Made by a program: the position numbers and the translations under genes. A stretch of DNA of 64,000 nt from Trichosphaerium sp. ATCC 40318 (taxonomy: Eukaryota > Protista > Tubulinea). The stretch lies in assembly GCA_038496445.1 (NCBI GenBank), contig JALMLS010000304.1, positions 310,001-374,000 on the forward strand, read 5' to 3'. The notes below the pieces were generated by a model, which worked only from the letters and a program-made list of their open reading frames with translations, had not been told where the DNA came from and searched no databases. Below, one piece after another: positions 39,376-54,731 of this stretch (the stretch's first letter is position 1; each line of letters begins with the position of its first letter).

Positions 39376-42300
39376 CTATATTCTATTATTGTTTCGTCTG
39401 TTTCCTCTTCTCCTATCATTGTGGTTTCTAGTACCACGTTGTCTGTACTGAGGTGTTAAGTCGTAGTATTGAGAGTCTTCTTCATCGTGTATTTGGTCTT
39501 GTAGCTGCAGTGTACGTTGGTGTACCTTACGCATCTCCTAAAAAATGAATATCCATTAACAAAAAGCTTCTTTCTCTTTGAGTTTACCTCTTCATCTTCT
39601 TTTGCTTTCTTGGCAGCTGCACGTGCTAGTGGAGAGTCTTGTGGAATAACTATTCTCTTCATTATTGATTGCTTGTTTCCTAAAAGAGGCATAAGCTAAG
39701 TCTCAACGTGCAAGAAAAATACAAACATCCCGCTTACCCTTTTTAGTTAAAACCTTAAAACTGACGTGATCTTTTGGAACTGGTCCTTTGTTTGTGTTCT
39801 TTGTATCGTAAGATCTAAACCTTCCTGATTGAGCATTCATTGCTTTACTAATAGTAGGTCGTTGGACAAGTTTTCTTGACTCAGTACTTTCCTTCATCTA
39901 CAACAAAATTAAGTTGTTTTGAAAGAGAAAAAAATAAGAGGAAAAAACTCAAGTTCTTCTTGGTCGCTTACCATCTCTGCGTATAGTTTGTCAAACTCCT
40001 TTTGGTCTTCTTGTTCTTGTGTTTTCTCTACTACATCGTGTATAACCAAATTCTTTGGAAGTACAACAACCTCAACTTTATTATCTTCGCGATGCTTTTC
40101 AATAGCAGCTTGTGCTATAAAAGCAGCCATATCTCTCTTCTCAGGGTTTCGTACAACGTACTACATCATGTTAATTTTGATAAATGTGCACGTGATTTTT
40201 AAACATAAACACAAAGACGCACTGGTGCAGCACATATAAGATCATAAGACAGTTCAGGACGATCTGGAAAAAGTCTATCTTCCAACATCATTATAAGTTG
40301 ATGTGCCTTATTCCAATCGTCTATACGCCTTAACTTTGGTCTTAAGAACTCAAATGTATCATCAATCATAAACTCTACATCCATTGATCTGGCTTTAGAC
40401 AACAAATAGCGCTAAAGATATAGTTAGAAGATAGATTTTAAACAACAACGAAATTACTGTAATAAGTCAAAGCTCAAAAAAAAGTCTTGCGAAACGTTGG
40501 TTGCCAACAAGAGGTTGTTTTCTCAACAAGATAGATGCATAGACAGTATAAAGCGTTACCTGGAAATAAAGGATAAATCTATCCAGCCTATCCTTGCTAG
40601 CTCCTTTATTGAAGTACTGTCCGCAAGTATCCAAAAGCCTACAAGCTAGGCTACCAAAAAGTATTAGACCTTATTGTCAAATCTATAAGATTAACATACC
40701 GAACTCTAATAGTATCTGCAGGAGGATCAATGACAGCACCATTAAAATCGCTGCCAGGCTCTAAACGGAGAAAAGAAAAAAATGAGAAAACTGAATGTCA
40801 CGTGTCTAAAATAATTAAAAAAAAGTAGACATACCATGGCCCAATGTTATTAATGTATATAAAGTATTGAATATGAGTCCACTATCAACTACACTATACG
40901 TATACAACTCTCCAAGCATAGTAACAGTCATGAGCATCTTTTGGTTTTTAGAATAATCAGGACGTTCAATACCAAGCCTACAAACATCAATAAGAACCAA
41001 CACAATTTCAAACAAGTTTGCGGAAGAAAAAGCAAAACAACCATCCATACCGTATTTGCTCACAAATGGCATCAACGTAAAGTATTGAGAACATTGGATG
41101 ATACTTTGTCAAGCCAGCAACTAATTTTGCAACTAACTTGATATTATCGTATTTGCAGTGACCCAATCTTAGAAGAGAACGAAGAACAAGTCTCTAAATA
41201 GTTCATTAGAACAGCAAGGTAACAATGTCATGGTTTTTTTGTTCAATGACTTCCAAACAAAAAAATCGTTGTTACGCACCTCATGTTCTTTCCAGTTTAG
41301 TTTTCTCAATTTTTTTGCAACAATGGCAGCTGTGGCTTTATTCAAATCATCGTATATTAATTTTCGAATATAACGCTCCATAGGAGGAAGATTTTTTTCT
41401 TTCCTAATTTATTGTTAGTTTGGATCCAAAAAAAAAGTCAAAGTATACTTGATGTTACCTTACTGGTATATCTGGCGGTACACAATGATAGTAAGCGTTT
41501 TCAATAACAGTTTTTAATCTACTATCAAAGCTTTTGGCTTTTTTAAGTCTGATCATACGTTCCAACTAAAACACAAAGTAAATAAGTAACATACCAATAA
41601 TTTTGTTGACTCTTTTCTTATGAATTTTTTTTGATGCTCGTACCAAATGTTTCGTTACTTCATGTGTTTCTGGTTTACGGTATAGATACCGTCCACATAC
41701 CTCAAGCATATGTGCTGCTACTTCAACATTGTGATGAACAAAATCATCAAAACATTTTCGTAACATTTGAAAGGCAGTACTTGTTTCAACCAGGCGAAAC
41801 TTTACAAGCTCTGCCAAAAAATGTACATTCTATAAAGCAGTTAGAATAAAACAACGTAGCGCCCTCTTTGTTGCAGGTAGTAACAGCAAAGAAGAAGAAA
41901 AAAAGTAGAATGAATACAGCACCCTACGTTCCCTGGTCCTCACGGACCCAAGTACTGGCAGGGCCATACCATGCTTATCTTCGCGGTTCGGAAAGAGACA
42001 CGGAGTTTTCATGGTTGTATGGCCGTATCCATCAGTGAGGGCAAGATTTTTGAAAGTGGTTTGGTCGATAAACAAGAATACGATTGATGATTGTCATACC
42101 TTCTTTTTAGTCTCAATGTTGATTTGGTCCTTATTGTATAACAGTCTCCAAAATTCCTTTGTTAATAGTTGTACTAACGGTGATGCGATATCCTTGTAGT
42201 ACTTATTTAAAGTAGCAACAAGTCGAGCACAATAAGGAATGATATCAAGCCTATTCCTCGGAACATTAAACAATGCCTACATCAAAAAAAATCAATTACA

Positions 42301-44857
42301 AAAAATGAAAACACAAAATAAGCATCATACGTTAACTAACTTCTTTCTATGACTCTTTGAACTATGATAACAAAACTGTTCAGAAGCACGATCTATTAAA
42401 TCTCTGTTTGAACTTTGAAGTAATTTATCCAAGTAAGCATTGAAAGGATCATGTAATGATTCCTTCTCTTTCTAATTGAAAAAAATTAACAATAACTATT
42501 AAACACTCTTTCCTATCTTTAAAAAAATAATACGTACTGCTTCTTGTTTATCATTATCGTCAGTACCACTTTTGTCACCAGTTGTTTCACTGTCTTTTCC
42601 TTCTTGTTCAACAGCTTCTTTTTGTTCGCCTTCTCCTTTGTCTATACAAGTGATTAGTTGCCTTTTTGTATCCACAAATGGACTCAACGCACCCTTGCTA
42701 TCACTTTGAGGTTCAGGTTGTTTGTCAGGTACTGAATCTGGAGTCGCAGACTCGGCATCGCCATTTTCTGGCGTTTCTGGTTTCCCTGCTTTTGTTGGTT
42801 TGTCATCATTGTCTGTGTTATCAGTATTATCCCCTTTTTTATCTTTGTCTCCTTCTTCTTCATCAGGATCTTCACCAAGCTCTGATTTTGGTATCACATC
42901 CAGTAACGTAGCAGGAATTTTTCCAGAAAGGGTTGGTAGAATCTCATAAAAAGCACGCTGTTCAGAATCATCCCATATCTCTTCAGTTCTATTTCCATGT
43001 TTCGAAAACTAGACCCAGAAGAACAATTAACAAAAAATCAAAGCCTTTTTATGCGCAACGTACACGTGCAACAACAACGTTCGATTCAGATACACGAGTA
43101 AGTTCCTCTTGCTCAAAAACAGGCATATCCTACATCTTGGTTAGTAACAATACCTAAGAAAAGGCTTACTTTATTTAAGAATTCACTCATAGCCTTCAAG
43201 TTAGTTTCAAAACGATCATACTCTTCTCTCATAGTCTTATACTGATTACGTTGTGCTTCACCCACTTCTTTAATCTTGGCAAGTTCTCTATGCTCTGATT
43301 CTTTGTTACGCAAGTTCTAATATAGAGTGTGAATGATGCATTATAACAAAGCCTTTTCCTGTAAAAAGGATAACATAAGGTTACCTTGTTTTGTCTTATA
43401 AGTCCTCTAGAAGCAAATGCAAAGAACTTTTCAAGAAGAGTAATAAATTCCTTTCTCGCTGAAGCTGAAATAATCTCATCACCTTGAAAAGGTTTCTCAG
43501 GTTCATCACTCTGAGAAAATATTAGCATAAATACTGAGCACTAAAGCTATTATATCATTACCTCTGGTTTACGTTGATGTAGTCCTAGAAGTATAGTAGC
43601 ATGACGAATAAAACTGAGCACCAATAACAAGACATTTGCGATATCTTTCTCCTTCTAATTATAACAAAAAATAAACACGTGAGTGGCAAAGTGTTTCTCG
43701 TACATGTAATCTTTGTATAATTGAGATAATTATAGTATGGTCAGGTATAATACCCACAACAAACATATCAGCTAATAAACGTAGTGTAGAACGACGTTTT
43801 GTCCATTTTGTATCTTTTGAATAAAACGAATCTGTTAAAGCCTTGATAACCTCTCCAGAAAAGTCACTGTATCTTTGATGTAAAAGAGACATTATCTAAA
43901 CAATCACGTGAATTCGGTTACTAAACACACGCAATGAATCAACGTACTTGTATTGCAGCTTCCATATCAGCATTTTTAATCGATATTTGAGCAAAGTCCT
44001 ACAAAGACACGTTAATCACATGTGTAGTTATTACATCATTTTCTTTTTTTTTTGTACCTTGACAAGTTCACCTATGTATCGTTCAAGATTCAACGTTCTG
44101 ATATCCTTTAAAACACTATCCTTGATATCTGACAATGCTTCATGCTGTAGACGACGCCTTAGTTTGCCTGTTTTGATCATACTGGATTGTAGATTAAGAG
44201 ATGACAAGGCTTGACAAGAAAAACGTTAGTCAAACTATTATAAATTTTGTACTTTACCTGGGCGATTTTTGGAGATGTCGTTGTTGACTTGTTTCAATTT
44301 GAGCAGCTCTTGGCGTCGTTGCTCTATTTTACGTCTGGCCTCTTCATCTTCACGCTTACGCGCCTTTGTAGTGTCAACATGGTGCATCTCCAGACATTTT
44401 TTGTGTCACGTACCTCTTGCTCTTTTAGAGCGTTTTCTTCAGCTTCTTTAAGCCGTTGAGCTTCTTGTTCTGCTTTTAGTTTCTTTTGTTCTTCAGCTCG
44501 TTTTTTTTGTTCCTCCTTTTCTTTTTCGCGCAAAGCTTGCACCTCTCGCTGCTTTTTAAACAGTTCTTCGCGTTTTTTGGCCTTTTGAGCTTCCTACATT
44601 GTGTTTAGTTATTTTTTTCATAAACAAATTTTTACATACATTGAGCACAGCGTTCTCTTGTTTTTGCTTCTGCTGATAGCCTCCTCGCTTTGATTTATTG
44701 TTTCGTTGATTTCTTCTTCTACCTCGCCCTCGTCCTCTGCCTCTACCTCTTCCTCTGTTATTACCCTGATTGTTTTTGCCCTTATTTATTTTACTGACGT
44801 TTGATTTAGGTGATGTACCTTGCCAGAATTCTGCCTTTTCGGCGCCTGGTCAGACAT
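39376..44857 (-). CDS. UPF2: Regulator of nonsense transcripts 2 (three MIF4G domains), ~20 introns
   Basis: LNLERYIGELV, LFNVPRNRLDIIPYCARLVATL, DQINIETK, LEVCGRYLYRKPET, MLGELYTYSVVDS, LLDTCGQYF, FKVLTKKGNKQ; stop TAG at 39376-39378. Confidence 0.95.
41898..41904 (-). terminator. Pol III oligo(dT) terminator of the 5S gene
   Basis: T7 run on the minus strand ~7 nt downstream of the 5S 3' end. Confidence 0.75.
41911..42030 (-). rRNA. 5S rRNA gene located inside a UPF2 intron
   Basis: 119-120 nt GGATACGGCCATACAACCATGAAAACTCCGTGTCTCTTTCCGAACCGCGAAGATAAGCATGGTATGGCCCTGCCAGTACTTGGGTCCGTGAGGACCAGGGAACGTAGGGTGCTGTATTCA; helix I GGAUACGGC/GCUGUAUUC, helix II ACCAUG/CAUGGU, loop C CCGAAC, loop E AGUA/GAA, helix IV GGUCC-GUGA-GGACC, helix V GCCCUGC/GUAGGGU. 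Confidence 0.95.
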
Positions 44858-45060
44858 ACGAGTACTATGTCATCAAGTGAACAATTCAACTGAAATTGCA
44901 CTCATGGCTTTTTATTGTAAGGTCAATACAATTCTGTTGCTTGTATCGATCTCTTCACCAGCGCAATGAGCGAGTCATACGACAATGTAGTGTCAGGCAA
45001 ATTGAGCTTTAAAACGTCAAAAAAGTATGTTCCTCACAAATAGAAGCTAATAACTCACCC

Positions 45061-45485
45061 ATGCCAAGGGATAAAGACAAAAAGCGTAGTAAACACAAAA
45101 AACGAAAGAAAGACAAGAAACGAAGGAAGAGAAAACGCGAAGAGGATGACAAGCAAGGAGAACAAGCAAGAGAAGATACAAAGCGTATCAAAGTAGAAGA
45201 GGAGGTTAGAGATTAACTTGAACGTTAAATAAATGCTAAAAACCTACAGGAGGAAGAGGACTCATGGGATGCATTAACACCAGCCCAGCGCGCGTTTGCA
45301 CTGCGTCAAAAAACCAAAGCAAGCACCTGAAACACGAATTTTTGAAATGGCTAAAACATGTTTAGGAGGATGCACGCATTGCAGAATTGGCGAAAAAAAG
45401 TCACAGGGAGCGCGTTGATGACTTTAACACTTACCTTGCTGAAAAATCAGAATTTAATGACATGCCAAAAGTCGGTCCTGGTTAA
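45061..45485 (+). CDS. FAM32A: FAM32A/DUF1754 family spliceosome-associated protein (2 introns, second GC-AG)
   Basis: K-rich N-terminus; LTPAQRAF...KSHRERVDDFNTYLAEKSEFNDMPKVGPG-stop. Confidence 0.9.
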
Positions 45486-45705
45486 GCGCCATAGATACGA
45501 TAAACCCATTATAGAGTACCAAAGGATACAACAAAAATGTAGAAAAACCCACACAAAAAGCAAAGAATTACAAACGAAGAATTTTTTTTTGGCTGGCTTC
45601 GATAAAAAGAACCAAAAGATTGTTGTATTTGTTCTCGTCGAAGTTATGTACAAGTAAAACGTATTATTTTTAGTGAAGTGTTGTTTGTGGTTTCCTAAAT
45701 TGACC

Positions 45706-47223
<1,518 letters not shown>

Positions 47224-47553
47224 TTTTGGCACCCAGAACAAGAAACTATAGCGTAAAAAGTCAACAACGGGTAAATTAAAGCAGATTCCATCTGCAGTTC
47301 AACTCACTACACTGTGACTACTTTCTGCAAGTAGAAGGTTTGCCATTGATCATAGTACGACAAGCACACGAGCGGTTTGACTATTCTAAATACGAGAAAC
47401 GCAGAATTTTATGGTTCTTGCAAGGATGCAACATTACGACTAGTTTGGCACGTCACAAAATACACGTGCGGTATTAGTATAAATAGATAATGCACATAAA
47501 GTTTTTTTATGTAAACAACTCTGCTGGTAATTCGCTTCTAGTGCTGTAACTTT

Positions 47554-48879
47554 CTATGATTTTGTAAGCTTTTTTATGTCTACAGTATTTAAATACTTAC
47601 TCTGTGCACCATTCTTTTGAACACTTTGTCCAGCAACAACATGTGCACATTCCATGGCACGTTTCAATGATTTACCCATGCTGAGAAAGTACGCAAAACT
47701 GCCTAGAAAGCAATCACCTGCACCTACAGTATCCTTGACAACAATATCTCCTGGTGGTATTGGCACATGCATAGTCTCTTTATCGCTCACATATATACAA
47801 CCCTCCTTACCCATGGTAACAAGGACTTGAGAGGCGCCCCTAAAAAGTGTTAAACACTGTTATACGAAAGCATTTGAAGTACTTTTCGAGGAGTATTTTT
47901 GCTGCGCTTTTTCCTTCTTCTACAGTGCGCACAGGTTTGTTTGTTATTGCCTCTAGCTCTGTTTCATTTGGGCTTACAATGTCAGCCAATTCGAAGAATT
48001 TTGTGGGCACATCAGCTCTTGAAGGTGCTACGTTCAATTTAGTTCATTGAAGGATTAAAAAACGTTACTGTACCAAGGTTTAGAATACTCGTAGCACCAG
48101 CCTTCTTTGCGAGAACCAAGCAAGTCTCTGTACACTCATCTGGTATCTCGAAATTCGTGACTACAACAGATGGGTTCTAATACGCTTTAGCAACAACAGT
48201 AAAGGAAATGTGGATTGTCTACTACCTTAACTTTTGAAAAGCCTTCAGTGACATCCTCTGAGGTCAGTTTATCCTAAAAGCTCAGTTAATAATTATAGAT
48301 ATAGTGTTCATAAATCACGTGCGTTAGCGCCAGGAATCATTACAATCGTGTTTCCCCTGTTGTTTTAGCTTTAGTTAACAACACTGAAAATAGCAATTGT
48401 ACCCATTATCATCAATGTTAATCGCTGCAATTCCTGATGTCATATTCTTGGCAATTGAAACGCAATCTAAAATTGTCAATGTTAGTTGCTTCTTTTTTTC
48501 AACATTTCAATGTTGACAGTTTACCTGTAGACATGCCAATGTCTGAAAAGTTTTTTAGCATTGACTTTCCAAAATCATCATCACCAACTTTACCAATAAA
48601 CGTCTTACAAAGCGTGATAAGTAATAAATGCGGCCAGCAATGTACGCACGTACAACATTTCCACCCAATTTCGCTGCAGCAACCGCTACATTCGCTCCTT
48701 TACCTCCAAACGCCTAAACTTGCGTTGAGAATTATTCTAAGTTTGTTTTCTGTCTAAGTATAACGCACCTTCTCAAAGCATTTACCTCGCACTGTCTCAC
48801 CTTCTGCAGGTAGTTTTGCACTGTATGAGTTTAAATCTAGATTATATGACCCAACAACAACGACAGAAGCTGTTGCCAT
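47554..48879 (-). CDS. RBKS: Ribokinase (PfkB family)
   Basis: VVVGSYNLD, GGKGANVAVAAAKLG, IGKVGDDDFG, PGANDKLT, PNETE, DTVGAGDCFLG. Confidence 0.95.
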
Positions 48880-49395
48880 TATGTGTATTGTTGTTTAGGG
48901 CTTCAAACTTTTCTATTGTGAGCTTAACGGAGAGTTTAAGTAAAGCATTGCCAACCGACAGCATGCAATCATTAGAACATCCTCCACTCAGTCGCTACCT
49001 TAGCGGGTACATAGGAACACATTAATCGCGATATTCACCTAATAATACAGCTCTGTCGTTATTTTCATTGGGATAATTGTACCAGCCATTTACGTTATAA
49101 GTACGGCGTAGGACATATAGAAACAAAGCTTACCAACACGTTTTTTTTTATTTCTTCTTCACTGTTAGTTTACACTGCCATAGTACATACAAAGATCATT
49201 AATTGTAGTGTGTTAATGCCCACGTGGTGTAGAAAATGTTGCGGCAAGACGGAATCCAGATGGTAGAATAACTGACGTCAGCTAGTGAGAAAAGTAAAAA
49301 CCAAGGAGTAACAAGCAAAAACAAAGATTACATCAAAAGAAACCACGTGGTTTGGTTTTTACATAAACAATTCTTTATTTTTATCTTGTTTGGGT

Positions 49396-50891
49396 TTACT
49401 TGTCTCTTATTTCAGGAAAAACACGCATGTTAAGAGCAGTCAAGCCCCTATGTAAAGTAAGACATCAAATATAAAGTAACAAAGTGAGTGCCAACGCAGC
49501 ACGTACCGTCTATCCCTCTGGTCACCAGCATACGCTAAAATATTCCTCTTTGGATGCCATGCAACCACATTTTGACCTTCCTGTCCTTCATCCTCCGAGT
49601 TCTTCGTTGAGAAAGAGTCAACCAAAGCGCCAGTATCAACGTGATGCTAAACAAAAGGTAAACAGGCTACAACTACATGGATTGTTTGGTAGGTTTCATA
49701 GGGTCTGTGCTTTCAATAAGTCTGTAGGCTTGTAGAACGTACAATGTAAATATTGTGATCATCTGGAGCACAAGCTATCATCTCTGCGTCATGATTAAAA
49801 GAAAGACTGCGTACAGGCATACTATGTAAAAATCTAATTAGCCAACTTATTGCTTCAACAAAAAAACCAAAAGGACAATAGATAGATCCGTACTCTGAGC
49901 ACTCAATAGTACGCAAACAAATATATTCTTCAAAATCCCAAATACCAACTAACGAATCAGCACTTCCAGTTGCATAGTATCTAACAATACATTAAAATCA
50001 AGTGACAACTGAGGGATGTCTTCAAACAATACCCTTTCTTTGGAGCTCTTTCAAAACAATAAATAGAGCTCGTATGTGCTTTTACTGTGTAAAGATTTTC
50101 TCTACAATTGGGGTATCTTAAAACTTCGATATCTCCTGATCCAGTACTCAAATATATTATATCATCAGCATCCCATTTAATATCATTAATCTAGTGCGAA
50201 GGTGGCATTAAAAATGAGTGTTTTTTGATTTTGTAGTTTTCTTGTCAGTTGTTAATGACGTACAATGATCTGGAAGTTGACAGTTCTAATATGCTTCCCT
50301 TTACGCATATCAAACCAGTGTAGTTTGTCCTCTTTTGTACCAACTGTCAAAATATTGGCGTCTAGACTCCAACCCATGTTTAGGTTCTCACCGCCACCAG
50401 TACGCGTAGAGAATACTGGTTTGTTGGGAGCTAATTGTATTAGGTTAATTACAAACGGGTAACATGTCATTAATGACAAACGTACTCCTTCTGTCCCACA
50501 CCTTTATTGTTTTGTCTTTTGCGCACGAAGCAAGTATGTTTGAATCTTTTGGGCTCCATTTAACAGCGCTTACTTCCTCCTCATGAGCAGTGTGGCCAAG
50601 CTCTTGTTCTTTGCCCTGTATTTTCAGTTACATAACGTTGTAGTGAAATAACGTGCCCTTTTGTCTTCTGGGTTACTCCACAAGCGTATGGAGGCGTCTT
50701 TTGAACCTGTAGCTAATACTTCGCCTGTTGGATCCCATTGCATGCATGTAATCTGTCAATCATTATTACTATAGCGCTTTTGAGGTACATACGCGTTTCT
50801 TGTGAGCGTAATAGTCGTGAGTTTTGCCTTGTTGACATAATTTGGCGTAGCGCTTTGCCTCAACGTTGGGGTAGATTCCTAGGTAGTCCAT
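49396..50891 (-). CDS. THOC3: THO complex subunit 3 (Tex1), WD40
   Basis: WD repeats; GENLNMGWS; YYATGSADSLVGIWDFEEYICLRT..MPVRSLSFNHD; VAWHPKRNILAYAGD. Confidence 0.88.
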
Positions 50892-50989
50892 ATGCTTTTG
50901 CTACGCCGATTACTATGAGTTACAAAACAGATCGAGTAGTCAACCGTCGGTCGCTACAAAAATTCAAAAAACAGAATTTAAACCGACAA

Positions 50990-52263
50990 ATGATAGAAGC
51001 CGCCTATTTATCGCTTGTTGAACAATGGCCATATTCAGAAGAGCTATTTTTTGCCTTCGTTATGTTTGGCGGTCATGAACTTATGTATTGGTCGTTTAAT
51101 ATATTCCTGTACGCCATATTATATCGTAAAGAACTCACCTAGTACAGTTTCATGTGTTATCACTTTAATTGGTTTGAGGCTTATAGAATTCAAGGATCAA
51201 AATGGCCTAGGTACTCACAAAAGCCCTAAATACGCTGACAACACCTTTAGCTGGAAAGTAATACGAGCAACTGCTATAGACATCGTAATCTCTCGTATTA
51301 TCTTCGTACCGGTCTTTTACATACTAGTATCCTACTACTAACGAACGACAGCTCTTTTTATATTTTCACAGTACTTTTTCCTTAACCGCTCGTATGCTCC
51401 GTATTACATCATGATGGGCACCAAAATGACAGATCCTCCACCTTCATTGTACGTAGGCAATCATCATCTCTTTTCTTACGTTCACAGAGTGCGGATTGGA
51501 CGAGATTTGTTGATCAGCGTGGCAGTTAACGACACTATGTTTTATTGGGTTCATCGATTTTTACATTGTCATCCAGTCATTTATAAAGCCATCCATAAAC
51601 AACATCACTCCTACACAGCACCTATAGGGATATCATGTACGACCTTAAAAGACATAACGACGTTTCTTTATTTCAACCCACGTGCACAAAGTCAGATGAA
51701 CCAAGAAGTGCGTTCTCTGTCTTTGTGCGCTCACAATGGGATTGTATTAATGCTTGGGAATGAAAGAAGAATATCTAACGTTGATTTATAGGCGAATACG
51801 CTCACCCATTCGAGGCCGCTTTTGCTAACTTCATACCTGCCTTCTTGGGTAATTTTTTTGTTGTTTGAAAAAAAAAAAAAAAGCAAGTCTTTAACATCGT
51901 TAGGTTTACTTCTATGTGGTTCTCATCCAGTAACTTGCTTCATCTGGGTTCTTTTAAGGTAATTTTAAGCGAATGATACACTTCTACGGTCCTAATGATT
52001 GCGTAGAATGTACGAGACAATTGATGCTCATTCTGGTTATGAGTTTCCTGTGACGCTGTTAAACTGGATACCTGGTATTAATGGTCCTGCCAGACACGAT
52101 TATCATCACTCTCACAATAAGGTAAGTGTCATTTGATAATTATTTTATTTCTGCTTATCCTAAGCGTCAAAAGGGAAATTACGGCGCTTTGACCATGTTT
52201 TGGGATTACGTATGTGGTACTGATTGTTGGTACAACAATTGGAAACAAAAGAAAGAAGCCTAA
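50990..52263 (+). CDS. Sterol C4-methyl oxidase-like (fatty acid hydroxylase superfamily)
   Basis: His boxes YWVHRFLH, IHKQHH, HDYHH; EYAHPFE; ETIDAHSGYEFP; GNYG...FWDYVCGTD. Confidence 0.9.
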
Positions 52264-52587
52264 AGTCACAATACACATGCGAATTTTCGCAAAATGTAAA
52301 TAATAATAAAGTGTCATGAATTCGTATAGGAACTATGTGCCGTGCGTAGTGAGCTTCGTTGGGAAACAGGGACGAAGTATCACGTCATTTCGAAATGAAC
52401 TTAGCAAGTTCGTGATGAAAGTATTCCGTTTTTGCACGTTCCCTTACTAAGAAGTCTACGAGTTGATTGGTAGTGTTGGCGAAGTCTACAGCGATATTTG
52501 GAACACTTGACGACTTGTCAAAACATTTCACGAGTTTCCTGTTTATTTTGATAAAAAAAGCGACAAACCCAATTAACATTAATAACA

Positions 52588-54032
<1,445 letters not shown>

Positions 54033-54731
54033 AAAATAAGGAGGTGTTACCACTCAAATAAAAGTGTTTAAGAACGAACAATTGATTGGGTTATTACGAG
54101 AAGAGAAGGCACCAAGTGGTGAATTAGCACCAAGAGACAAAAATTACGCTATGTGTGCACTCATAGCTGCAAAAGAAAAAAAAATATAGGCCATGCACGT
54201 GGTTTGGAATATATTTATTTTGGAATTATGTTTTACAAGTTGCAGTGTTATTGTTAGAAGAGTTTTTTATTTCAGGAAGCATGCAAAAAACTCTCATGCT
54301 TGTTTGACTCAAAATACATTAAACAATTGTTTTGTTTCTAAACCACTCCTTGTGTTGGACTTTGTCCACGAGCACTTTGTTTCATTCTGTCCTTTTGGAT
54401 ACTTTATCAAGTAATTGCTAATGTATATGCAAGTTGAAACTACTTTTTACATCATGCTTGTTTATACGAAATCACGTGCTTTTCTACAACGCCTGCTATC
54501 ATCAAAATTGCTGGCTGGGGTTATGGAATGCTTGAGTACGAAGTGAGTCAGTCGTAAAAGAGTTACTAATTAACTTGTTATTGTTATCAAGATATAAACA
54601 TTATATTATTGGTGTCTTTGTTTTGTTTTTCCTTTTTTTAATTTACATCACGCATTCTGTACAAACAGCTGAAAAAAAAATAGAACCATTCCCTTTTCTT
54701 TTTTGGTTTTTTTTTTTCCAAAGTTTTTTTT

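Noticed and set aside
41830-42199. ORFs 41830-42075(-) and 42011-42199(+)
   Set aside because: Spurious translations of the intronic 5S rRNA and the adjacent UPF2 exon
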